DNA of 64,000 nucleotides from Macrostomum lignano. Taxonomy: Eukaryota. The first letter of the stretch is position 1. Every line of letters starts with the position of its first letter. A model generated the notes under the pieces. The model was not told the DNA's origin. It was given only the letters and a program-made list of their open reading frames with translations, and did no database searches. Made by a program: the position numbers and the translations under genes. This document shows, piece after piece, positions 9,991 to 35,700 of this stretch. The DNA lies in NCBI GenBank assembly GCA_002269645.1, contig NIVC01000740.1:1-64000 (forward strand). The letters are read 5' to 3'.

Positions 9991-12900
9991 AATTCTATGT
10001 TAAAGGATATTAACATCTCACCTCTCATCTCTTGATACTATCTTGCCTCTCCCTTTCTCTAAAACTTTTCTCCTTAATGGCATGTCTATAAAATAAGTGT
10101 AGATAGTCATTTTCAAAGAGACTAATCTCTAAGCATTTTAACAATATCAATGAAGAGATTTTTAGGCAGCTTCTACCTTATTTCAAACTTCTACACCCTT
10201 ATTTCCCAGTTGACAAATAGTTTTAGAAAGAGAAAACTTTCTGTCTACTTAGTAGACAAGCTATTGGCAGACAAAACAACTGGCGCTTAGGCATTTTAAT
10301 ACTATAAGTCATAATATCATAGTATGACAAACCAAGACATAAGACCTAGCCGCTCTTTTTATTATTAAATTAGCTTTAATTGACTTGTCTAAAAGAATTG
10401 AAAATTTTTATACTACTAGGCTTATTAGACTAGTAAAAGTAATAAATAGGATTAGAAAATAATAAAAAATCTTAAATAGGTCTAGTCTTATAGAACTATA
10501 CTATATGAAATATATAATAATAATAATGTAGGCCCTATTGAAAAAATAGCAAACAACTATATTTCTAGGTAGCCTGTAGGTAGCCACTACTTTAACACTT
10601 AGATACTCAGTGAAAAGGCTAGAAGCCTTGAACTCTATATTTAGAGCAGTATTGTTATGTATAGCAAAGGATGGGTTTAAGGCTCAACTAAAGGGGTTGG
10701 CTAACAAAGTGAAAAGGATAGAGTATGCAACAGGCGAGAGAATGAGGCTTAAAGAAGAATGAGAGACCAACCAATCAAAAGGAAAAGGTAAGAGATCAAT
10801 AGAGAAAAAGAGGTTTGAACTATATTCATTAAGACAAAGTAAACAGAGAGCTAAACAGCAGATGAGAAATGTATATAAATAAACTAGAAACTAAACAGGA
10901 AAGTAGCAACAATAAAATAAGCTTTTCATGTCTCTCTTTTAGCTCATTAGGCCTAGCTTATAGGCCTAGCCTAGTTGGCTTGGTTGATAAGACTATTATT
11001 TAGCATTGTAAACTTAGTCTAGCCCAAATCTAAACTTATTATTCCAAATATTAAATACTATATTAGGCCTAGCCTAAGCCTAGGCTTATCTAAAATATAA
11101 ATGTAAACAAGAAAAGGTGTGGCCAAACTGGCAATGTGAATTCAAAATAAGTCTAGAGGTTCTATTGACTATAGTATTAGGCCTAGATATCTTATCTAAT
11201 CAGCAATTTGGTGTTTGCTCTAAACCTATACTAGGCCAGGCCTAGGTCTTGTTCACCTTGGCTTGAGGCCTAGTGGCCCTAGTCTAAATCTAAAGTAAAG
11301 AACCAAAAATAAAATTTTTAGTAATAGGCAGTCTAGGCTAGGCTGGCTAGCCAATAGCCACAAAAACAAAATTACTGGTTGCAAAATACACACCAATTAA
11401 TAAAATTTTAACAGACTGCTAGGCCCTAGGGGGAGCATAATAACATAGCCACACTCTGTCTTGGCTTGGCTTATCACTAGCTACTTTAGATTTTCAATAG
11501 GCCTAGCAGACTCCAAAGCTAGACATATAACCCACTTACCCACCCAGGTTGGCTTGGCTGGTAGGCGTGGTAGCAGTCAAATTGCAGTAAACATATATAG
11601 CTATAGCTCGTATAGGCCTTGACCATAAATATTTAACATACTAGGCTAGCTATCTGTGAACAGTTGCATACGAAAGTCACAGTAGGCACAGTAGTCCAGT
11701 GCAGCGAGGGACAAGGGTCACTGCGGTCTGCTATCAGGGCTGAGGGCCGAGGCTCGCTGAGCCAGTCCAGTGACCAGTGCCAGTCAGAGTGAGTCAGACG
11801 TAGGCCTAAATGTTGCAGAGAGCTGTTTAATCAGTTAGCCTATGCCTAATCTATCAACCGACAGTAGATTATTGAGTTATTTTTCTGGGAAAGTACCGGT
11901 AGTATCGTGGTAATAACAAGGACTACTTAAGTAGTTTTCTATGAAAGTTAAATTTGAAGTTGCAAATATTCACGGTATAAAAAATAATATAGGGAAAAAC
12001 GAAGAACTTTGAAACGAGAAATTATTATTTGCAAAGGGAGAAAAGGAGTTTATATATGTTCGATCTGTCGATATAAAACACAGTATGTTAAGAAAGTATA
12101 AAGTATTGCACAGTCAATACGAAGAGAAGAGAAAGAAAAAATGAAACCCATAAAAATACAGTATAAGAATAATTAAAAGATTTTAGCTGTTAGCACTGGA
12201 ATTAATTTCAAATAGTTAAATTTTGACAAATCTACTCGTAGTACCTCTTCAATTTATCGTGATTTAGGGATTTACTGTAGAGGCATCCGATGATGAGATC
12301 GGGCCTGGATATCGAAGGTTGGGACTTACTTGTGGGCATTGGGAAAAACTTTTTTTATTTTAGAGGGGCCTGGGAACTCCTGTGTTCTATCAATATTATT
12401 AAGGTCTAAAAATATTCGTTTTAAATCACGAAACATATTAAAGCTACCATATGCATGTTTTTTAACATTCGAGCTATACATGTAAATGATGTACATGCAT
12501 GTATATCTTCACTTAAGAACTTGAGAGAACTTAATTGGGGACCAATAAAGGATCCCCTCAAGCCAGTCGCGGGAACACGAGAATTTTCCACAGCCCCAGG
12601 AAGTTTTCCCGCGCGAGCTTTTAAATTTCCGGCAGCGAGGTTTGCCCGCAAGAGTTTTTTCCCACCGAAAGGTTTTCCAATGGGGTTTTTAATTACAGTT
12701 GGAATTTCAGGTCAAATCCAGTCTACTATATAGCTGACAATGCTGGGGGACTAGCTAGATTGGAGCTATATAGACTAGACTAGACTAGAATAGAGTCAAT
12801 AGACTAGACACAAACTAGACTAGATTAAAAACTAGACTATAGATTAGAACTAGTCTAGACTAGATTTCAAATCCGATTGGATTTGAATTGAAATTCTCAT

Positions 12901-13746
12901 AGACCCGCCCAGGGATCCACCTATTTTAAGGCGCCTAAGCGGTTGAGTTTCATGTGATGTAGTCGAAGACTGTACGCAAGCAGGTTAAATGTATGTAAGG
13001 TCGAATTCTATACAGGGGGTACGTGCATCGCCACTTGACCAAATAGCTGAGTGCAGGATACGATAGATCTCATTCCCCAAAACTCGCCGGTAATGCAGCT
13101 GTACATGTATGTCGCAATATGCAGACGGTGGGTGGGTCTTCATCGCGCAATTCCCCTATGACAACCAGCTCACGAGGAAGGTGTCTATAGAAAGAAGGGC
13201 TTCTTGCCAGCAGAGTGTTATGAAGTGTGTCGCGCTCATGATGACTCGACAAGCGACTGCAGTTATTGTACTGTAGGTCAACATCCGTCATTAGCAGAAC
13301 CTGATGTGCTCCCAGACGGGTTTATGTCCTTTGTTTTACAAATTAAGTAGCTGTTACTCAGAGTAAGTAAGAAACTATTTGTGGAGTCTCAAAGTCTTCT
13401 GGATTAAAGTAAACTTATTTCATTAGGGGTTACTCAGGAATACATCATTTATTAATATCATGAAAGCACCTCTGCAATATAGTACGTATGTCCCACATGT
13501 TATAATCCTAATGTTATATTCTGTACTACACAGCTACAGTTACGAAAGACCGTCTCCGCGCTCAGTTAAATAATTAACGCAAACCTGCAGCTGTCTATAA
13601 GTATTAAAATTTGGACTTTTCGATGCACACTATAATGTACAGCTGCTGCAAACTCCTTTGAATTCTCTCTACTACACGATTGGGTTCTTGAGAGTTGCTC
13701 TGAACTCACTCTCGGACTGACTAATTAATGAGCTTCTATAAACCTT

Positions 13747-13760
13747 GTTACCATAGCAAC
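13747..13760. promoter_or_regulatory. RFX X-box (GTTACCATAGCAAC)
   Basis: Exact fit to the consensus GTTNCCATRGNAAC, 117 bp upstream of the ATG of a ciliary/sperm microtubule gene. Confidence 0.7.
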
Positions 13761-13820
13761 AACTTAATTACACTTCCCTTGTAGGGCTATATAGATGACA
13801 GCTAAATTATAGTTTCAGCC

Positions 13821-13860
13821 TACAGGAGTTTACAGGAGTTTACAGGAGTTTACAGGAGTT
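13821..13860. repeat. 10-bp repeat (tacaggagtt)x4
   Basis: Four exact copies just upstream of the C17orf98-like ATG. Confidence 0.9.
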
Positions 13861-13876
13861 TACAACAGTGCAGACA

Positions 13877-16251
<2,375 letters not shown>

Positions 16252-16271
16252 CTGACTCTCTCTCTAGGACT

Positions 16272-16490
16272 CTCACCCTCAGATTCTCACCCTCAGACTC
16301 TCACCCTCAGACTCTCACCCTCAGACTCTCACCCTCAGACTCTCACCCTCAGACTCTCACCCTCAGACTCTCACCCTCAGACTCTCACCCTCAGACTCTC
16401 ACCCTCAGACTCTCACCCTCAGACTCTCACCCTCAGACTCTCACCCTCAGACTCTCACCCTCAGACTCTCACCCTCAGACTCTCACCCCC
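16272..16490. repeat. 14-bp minisatellite (ctcaccctcagact)n
   Basis: About 15 copies directly after the stop codon at 16251. Confidence 0.95.
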
Positions 16491-17122
16491 AGAATCTACT
16501 CAGACTCTCGTTCTCATGCAAACTCTCACCCCTAGAATCTCCTCAGCCTCTCCTCTCTCTGACTCCTGCCTCTCAGACTTTTCCCTCTCAGACTCTCAAC
16601 CTCAGACTCCAATGTCAGTATCTCACATAACCGCAGACTCTTCCGCCATCAGAATCTCTGCTTAGACTCTTCCCCTCAGACGGTCGTCTCTGCAAGTTTC
16701 ATCAACGTTGAAATCGGCGTTAGTTACTCGACAGTAATAAATACTGCAGAAATCAAAAACTTTATCTAATGTAACGTATATCCGTTCCTTATTATATTGC
16801 AGTGTATTTGTGGATGCCAACTAAAATATAAAAATCATATATCATTTTAGCCGCTTGGCTGTTTATTTTTGAAAAAGATGTAACACAGTATGCGTTTTTC
16901 ATTGTATGTCGAGGTGCAGAGCTATTTAAAATTTTCAGAAGTGCTAATAGTTACTTAATAAACCAAATTTGTATTGAAGCCGACGAAAGTTTTGCACTCA
17001 GTACTCTGTACTCTGCACGCTGCGGACGATGAAAATCTTCTGGCTGCATCTGAAATAAATCAGTTTTTAACGGTTCTCTTTAAAAATTTGATTAAAAGGA
17101 TTATATAATGTTACTCTATGTA

Positions 17123-17553
17123 CCGACTGAATTCCTCATTTCAATAAGCCAGAAGAGTTTCTACCAATCCAGGCACCGACTGAATTCCTCACTTCAATAA
17201 GCCAGAAGAGTTTCTACCAATCCAGGCACCGACTGAATTCCTCACTTCAATAAGCCAGAAGAGTTTCTACCAATCCAGGCACCGACTGAATTCCTCACTT
17301 CAATAAGCCAGAAGAGTTTCTACCAATCCAGGCACCGACTGAATTCCTCACTTCAATAAGCCAGAAGAGTTTCTACCAATCCAGGCACCGACTGAATTCC
17401 TCATTTCAATAAGCCAGAAGAGTTTCTACCAATCCAGGCACCGACTGAATTCCTCATTTCAATAAGCCAGAAGAGTTTATACCAATCCAGGCACCGACTG
17501 AATTCCTCACTTCAATAAGCCAGAAGAGTTTCTACCAATCCAGGCACCGACTG
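17123..17553. repeat. 53-bp minisatellite
   Basis: 8 near-identical copies of accgactgaattcctcacttcaataagccagaagagtttctaccaatccaggc with no unique spacers. Confidence 0.95.
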
Positions 17554-17721
17554 AACACTTTGCTTAGATAAGGTAGAACTTCCTATCACCTTTAAGTATC
17601 CACTTAAAGCCTCGCAATACCAATAATTTTGTATATTTTTCAAGCGTTCCTTGTGAAAGCTTAACAAATACTCATAATCATTCAAAATTGTCGTTTCTGA
17701 TCACCTCGTCCAACGATCCAA

Positions 17722-29105
<11,384 letters not shown>

Positions 29106-29814
29106 AATTGCTCTTCAATCGCTGATAAAGTTCTAGCTATGGCAAAGCTTGATCGCTTGCAGCTTTGACTGAGGTTTAAAAACTGCAGAGAGAGGAACTA
29201 TAAGACAGTATTGGGAGATTTGAAAGTCGGGGAAAAAGCAGTGTATCTTCGAGGGAAGTGAAAGGCAGTGCTTCAGAAGGGTGGAAGGAAGGAAGGAAGG
29301 GAGAGAGAAAGCAAGGGGAACCAGCATGCCTGGGGTTTTCAGGTTAGCGTTGGAGGGTCTGCAAAACTGTCTGTGGAAACTTGGTAGTCCAGTTCAGTAC
29401 TGCAAGGTACGCGGCGTACCGTGGGGAACAGTACCGAATGTCCTCCATCTGGTTAAGAGAACAGCATTCACCCAGCGTTAGCCAGCCACCCAGCTTCACA
29501 GGAGCCAATACGGTTGGATCCAAAGCTCGCACCATTTTGGTCATGGACATTGACCAGCGCGCTGTACACATTATTGGTACCGTTGGTGTTTTAACAAGAC
29601 GAGGGAAAGGGTGGTTCAAAAAAAGTTACCGAACTTTATCTTTGATATTACTTAGACAGTAGTATAGTATATCACAAGTTTAAAAACAGTCTTCGTGTTC
29701 AATGCTTTAGTGAGAATTGGTTTAGTACAGGTGGATTATTCAGTCTAAAAATCTAAATGTAGATTGTCAGAGTATCAGAGTACAGAAGTCAGCGTAGCCT
29801 GTGTTTCTTAAACG

Positions 29815-32195
29815 GATGTCAGTGGTGCCTAGATGTTTGTCAGTGTTATCTAAGTGGATATCAGTAGTGCTTAGATGTTTGTCAGTGTTACCTAAGTGAA
29901 AATCAGTGGTGCCTAGATGTTTGTCAGTGAAAATTTTCACCTAAGTGAAAATCAGTGGTGCCCAGATGTTTGTCAGTGTTACCTAAGTGGATGTCAGTAG
30001 TGCCTAGATGTTTGTCAGTGTTACCTAAGTGGATATCAGTATAGTGCTTAGATGTGTGTCAGTGTTACCTAAGTGGATATCAGTATAGTGCTTAGATGTT
30101 TGTCAGTGTTACCTAAGTGGATATCAGTATAGTGTTTAGATGTTTGTCAGTGTTACCTAAGTGGATATCAGTATAGTGCCTAGATGTTTGTCAGTGTTAC
30201 CTAAGTGGATATCAGTATAGTGTTTAGATGTTTGTCACTGTTACCTAAGTGGATATCAGTATAGTGCTTAGATGTTTGTCAGTGTTACCTAAGTGGATAT
30301 CAGTATAGTGCTTAGATGTTTGTCAGTGTTACCTAAGTGGATGTCAGTAGTGCTTAGATGTTTGTCAGTGTTACCTAAGTGAATGTAAGTAGTGATTAGA
30401 TGTTTTTCAGTGTTACCTAAGTGGATATCAGTATAGTGCTTAGATGTTTGTCAGTGTTACCTAAGTGGATATCAGTATAGTGTTTAGATGTTTGTCAGTG
30501 TTACCTAAGTGGATATCAGTATAGTGCTTAGATGTTTGTCAGTGTTACCTAAGTGGATATCAGTATAGTGCTTAGATGTTTGTCAGTGTTACCTAAGTGG
30601 ATATCAGTATAGTGTTTAGATGTTTGTCAGTGTTACCTAAGTGGATATCAGTATAGTGCTTAGATGTTTGTCAGTGTTACCTAAGTGGATATCAGTATAG
30701 TGCTTAGATGTTTGTCAGTGTTACCTAAGTGGATATCAGTATAGTGCTTAGATGTTTGTCAGTGTTACCTAAGTGGATGTCAGTAGTGCTTAGATGTTTG
30801 TCAGTGTTACCTAAGTGAATGTCAGTAGTGATTAGATGTTTTTCAGTGTTACCTAAGTGGATATCAGTATAGTGCTTAGATGTTTGTCAGTGTTACCTAA
30901 GTGGATATCAGTATAGTGCTTAGATGTTTTTCAGTGTTACCTAAGTGGATATCAGTATAGTGCTTAGATGTGTGTCAGTGTTATCTAAGTGGAATCAGTA
31001 TAGTGCTTAGATGTTTGTCAGTGTTACCTAAGTGAATGTCAGTAGTGATTAGATGTTTTTCAGTGTTACCTAAGTGGATATCAGTATAGTGCTTAGATGT
31101 GTGTCAGTGTTACCTAAGTGGATATCAGTATAGTGCTTAGATGTTTGTCAGTGTTACCTAAGTGGATGTCAGTAGTGCTTAGATGTTTGTCAGTGTTACC
31201 TAAGTGAATGTCAGTAGTGATTAGATGTTTTTCAGTGTTACCTAAGTGGATATCAGTATAGTGCTTAGATGTGTGTCAGTGTTATCTAAGTGGAATCAGT
31301 ATAGTGCTTAGATGTTTTTCAGTGTTACCTAAGTGGATATCAGTATAGTGCTTAGATGTGTGTCAGTGTTATCTAAGTGGAATCAGTATAGTGCTTAGAT
31401 GTTTTTCAGTGTTACCTAAGTGGATATCAGTATAGTGCTTAGATGTTTGTCAGTGTTACCTAAGTGGATATCAGTATAGTGCTTAGATGTTTGTCAGTGT
31501 TACCTAAGTGGATATCAGTATAGTGCTTAGATGTGTGTCAGTGTTATCTAAGTGGATATCAGTAGTGCTTAGATGTGTGTCAGTGTTTTATAAGTGGATA
31601 TCAGTAGTGCTTAGATGTGTTGTCAGTGTTATCTAAGTGGATATCAGTAGTGCTTAGATGTGTTGTCAGTGTTACCTAAGTAGATATCAGTAGTGCTTAG
31701 ATGTGTTGTCAGTGTTATCTAAGTGGATATCAGTAGTGCTTAGATGTGTGTCAGTGTTTTATAAGTGGATATCAGTAGTGCTTAGATGTGTTGTCAGTGT
31801 TATCTAAGTGGATATCAGTAGTGCTTAGATGTGTGTCAGTGTTTTATAAGTGGATATCAGTAGTGCTTAGATGTGTTGTCAGTGTTACCTAAGTGGATAT
31901 CAGTAGTGCTTAGATGTGTTGTCAGTGTTACCTAAGTAGATATCAGTAGTGCTTAGATGTGTTGTCAGTGTTATCTAAGTGGATATCAGTAGTGCTTAGA
32001 TGTGTTGTCAGTGTTATCTAAGTGGATATCAGTAGTGCTTAGATGTGTTGTCAGTGTTACCTAAGTAGATATCAGTAGTGCTTAGATGTGTTGTCAGTGT
32101 TATCTAAGTGGATATCAGTAGTGCTTAGATGTGTTGTCAGTGTTATCTAAGTGGATATCAGTAGTGCTTAGATGTTTTTCAGTGAAGCCTAAGTG
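29815..32195. repeat. 42-44-bp minisatellite (agtgttacctaagtggatatcagtatagtgcttagatgtttgtc)n between the two collagen 5' ends
   Basis: About 55 copies; the unit looks like a dimer of ~21-22-bp subrepeats. Confidence 0.95.
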
Positions 32196-32788
32196 GATGA
32201 CAGTCGTACGAGCTATTAGAGGTGCTGCTAGGGTCGCCAAATTCGGGTTTGCAGCATCAAAGCGAGTGCAGAGGCACCAAATTCGAGTCATGATGATCAA
32301 ACCTCGCGTCTTCATCAAAATTTCTTCTCGGGAAAAATTTTTTGCACCACCCTTCTAGCCGAGAATTTGCAGATTCGTAACCCCTGAAAGCGTACAGCCA
32401 AAGTCCTGGTCAGCTGCTGGGCCACGACCTTTCCGCAGCCTGCAATCTCTCTGACAGTTCCAAGGCAAAGAATCCAAACCCCAACCATGGCTATCATCTG
32501 CGTGGCTGAGGGTTGGCCCCGGCCAGGGAACGAACCGGAATTAGACAACGCATGCACCGTAAGTACGGCGCGTCCGTTCCTTTGCTGTTCGCCCATCAGC
32601 CAAGCTTAACTTTTGTCTTCTTTCCTTCATTTACTTGGCCGAACCCGGGGCCTGGCTGGCAAAGCGGCTATACAGTACAGTTTGAACGCCTGGACAAACA
32701 GGCCGAGATCGGTTTCCTGAGTAAGCTACCTCGGACCGGAGGGTCACTTAAAGAAACAGGCTTGAGCTGGTAGGAGCCGGAATCGATA

Positions 32789-35700
32789 ATGGCTTGCCTC
32801 ACTTGTCTCACAGCGATGCTGCTGGCTCTGCTAGCACTGTGCCAAGGTACGTTGAAGCCAAGTTAGCTAAATCTCCTGTCAAATTTTCATCAAATTATTA
32901 CCACTTCCCGTGAGTTCGTCTTTTTAATAAACAGATTCTACTCAACTTGTTTCAGTGACGTCTGGCAACACGGAGCATCAGGTGAGAAAAGCAACTCCCC
33001 CACTTGAGCCCATAGCATCTCAAACAACTCCCACTAGAGCCCATAGCATCTCAAACAACTCCCACTTGAGCCCATAGCATCTCAAGCAACTCCCCATTGA
33101 GCCATGGCATCTCAAGTAACTCCCCATTGAGCCATGGCATCTCAAGCAACTCCCCATTGAGCCATGGCATCTTAAGCAACTCCCCATTGAGCCATGGCAT
33201 CTCAAGCAACTCCCCATTGAGCCATGGCATCTTAAGCAACTCCCCATTGAGCCATGGCATCTCAAGCAACTCCCCATTGAGCCATGGCATCTTAAGCAAC
33301 TCCCTCATGCCTTACGTCCCGCAGGTTCGCACTCGCCGCTCTCTGCAGCCCGAAGCACCCCAGGGCCCAATCGGAATCAAAGGCAACCCAGGCCCGCCCG
33401 GTCCGCTTGGACCGCCTGGCTCTCCAGGCCAGCACGGCTATGTCGGTCTGGACGGCCGACCTGGCAACGCCGGCGAGCCGGGCTCTCCGGGCAAAAAAGG
33501 CGCCCAAGGAGACCGAGGCCCGGTCGGGCCGCCGGGCCGTCCGGGCCTGCCTGGCGAGCTCGGCCTCAACGGCCCCATCGGCGACGCGGGAGGTCCCGGC
33601 GCCAAGGGCCCGCCAGGCGCTACGGGCGCCAAGGGCCAGGAAGGCGACGCCGGTGCACCAGGAAACGAGGGCGCAGTCGGACCCGCTGGGCCGATGGGCC
33701 TCTTAGGAGAGCGGGGCGAGCCGGGACCCGATGGGCCGGTCGGAGAGCGCGGCTCCACCGGCCTGCCCGGTTCACCAGGTGTCACCGGGCCGATCGGTCA
33801 GCCCGGCCTCATCGGTCCGGTCGGCTTTCCTGGCGCCGAGGGTCCGATTGGCAGCCACGGCGAGAAAGGCGACGCCGGACTGCCCGGCCCGACAGGTCTG
33901 GCAGGCGCCAAAGGCAAGCCGGGACCGCCTGGGGCGTCTGGCAACGCGGGACCGCCAGGCCTCGACGGCCTGCCCGGCATCAAAGGCACTCGCGGCGACA
34001 TTGGCGAGCCGGGCAGCCAGGGCCCGATCGGCCCAGCCGGACCGGTTGGCCGGCCCGGGGCTAAAGGCCGCCCGGGACCGCGGGGCTCGCCGGGCGAGCT
34101 CGGCAAAGTCGGAAGCCCGGGCCCGGCCGCCCAGCCAGGCTATCCCGGACGCGGCGGCGAAAACGGCGGCGTCGGAGAGCGCGGCGAATCTGGCGAGCGC
34201 GGCGACTCTGGCAAGCGCGGCGCCCCAGGCGACAAAGGACCGGTTGGGGAGCAGGGCCTGGCTGGCAGTCCCGGTTCGCCGGGCGTGCCAGGCGCACCCG
34301 GGGAAGCCGGTCCCAAAGGCGAGCAGGGACAGATGGGAGAGCCGGGCGAATCCGGAGAGGACGGCCGCGACGGCGACGAGGGAGCTACGGGAAAAAATGG
34401 CCAACAGGGACTGCAGGTGAGCTGTTCTCTCCGCCTTTACCGGTAGGCTTTAGGCTAGTCTAAAACGCTATCAAATAAGGCCAAGTTTCGTGCGATCACA
34501 CAGACTTTAGTGAAGTCACTCCTGTGTGAGTGTGTGCCTGTGCGTATGACTGCGCACGTATCCGCGCGCTTTGTGTGCCTGCTCAGGGGAGTCGGTGGAA
34601 TGGGCAGCAATGCCTCTCGCCGGTTGTGTGACAATGTCGCTTAAAGTGCGCCAGGGTGCACACAGCCCCTTTGCGTCAAAGATTCAAAAACAGACCGTTG
34701 TTGTAACGCGAAGATTTGCAATTAGCGGGTTTGCACACCGTGAATTCTATGAAGTCACTAAAGATCTCTCCGTGATTAGCATCTAATTACTTCAAGTACA
34801 TAATTACACCTGGATCAACTCTAAACAGGGCGAAGCCGGGCGCCCCGGCCGATCAGGTTCCAAAGGCCTCCCCGGTTTGAAAGGCTACCCGGGCAAGGAC
34901 GGCTCCAACGGGTCGCCCGGCTCCGTTGGACCCATCGGCATTCGAGGCATGCCTGGGCCAGATGGATCACCCGGTAGCAACGTGAGTACTTATCCGAGAA
35001 CTCGATTAACTGGTTATTAATCAACGATGAGTTCCTAGCTCAGAGGTCAATTGCCGATGAAGAGCGGACTAATGTCTAACTTTTTTTTGATAGAAAGTCT
35101 GGCCATCTATGAACTGAATTTCTTGATATTCTTCCCCGTTTTTGCTATCTTCTTCGCTTCATCTGCTTAGCAAAAGTACACGCCGCACTATTCAGGGAGC
35201 CACAGGTGCCGCTGGTCCTGTCGGCTCGCCCGGCTCGCCCGGTCCGAAAGGCAGTGCTGGCGGCATCGGCTCGCCAGGTCGTCGGGGCCTCAACGGCGTC
35301 CCCGGTCCCGACGGAGCCGGCGGCGCTCTCGGGGATCCAGGTACGCGCGGCCCAACCGGCGCGGTTGGCGCTAAAGGCGCCAAAGGTCCGCGCGGTTCCA
35401 CCGGTCCGCCCGGCCAGCCTGGCAGCGTCGGGACGCCCGGCCAAGTTGGCGAGCCGGGCGCTCCGGGCTTCGACGGATTTCGTGGGCCGCGTGGCAGCGA
35501 AGGCGAAGCCGGCGAAAAAGGCGCCGCCGGCGGTCGCGGCCCCGTCGGTGACAGGGGACCAAAGGGCTTTGAAGGTCGCAGTGGCGGCTACGGACCGCAG
35601 GGAGCTGCTGTGAGTGCTAATAATTCTTCTACACAATCCAGTAATCCTTCTATTGACCTACACAGTACAATGCAGTAATCCTTCTATTGACCTACACAGT

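Noticed and set aside
12560-12670. Cluster of E2F-like TTTCCCGC sites
   Set aside because: Short motifs with no assignable TSS; could be chance or transposon-derived.
13070-13291. 73-aa minus-strand ORF, possible MAT2B first exon
   Set aside because: No recognisable similarity and no convincing in-phase donor.
17123-17553. Regular 29-53-bp arrays as CRISPR
   Set aside because: Units are directly adjacent with no unique spacers, there are no cas genes, and the context is eukaryotic.
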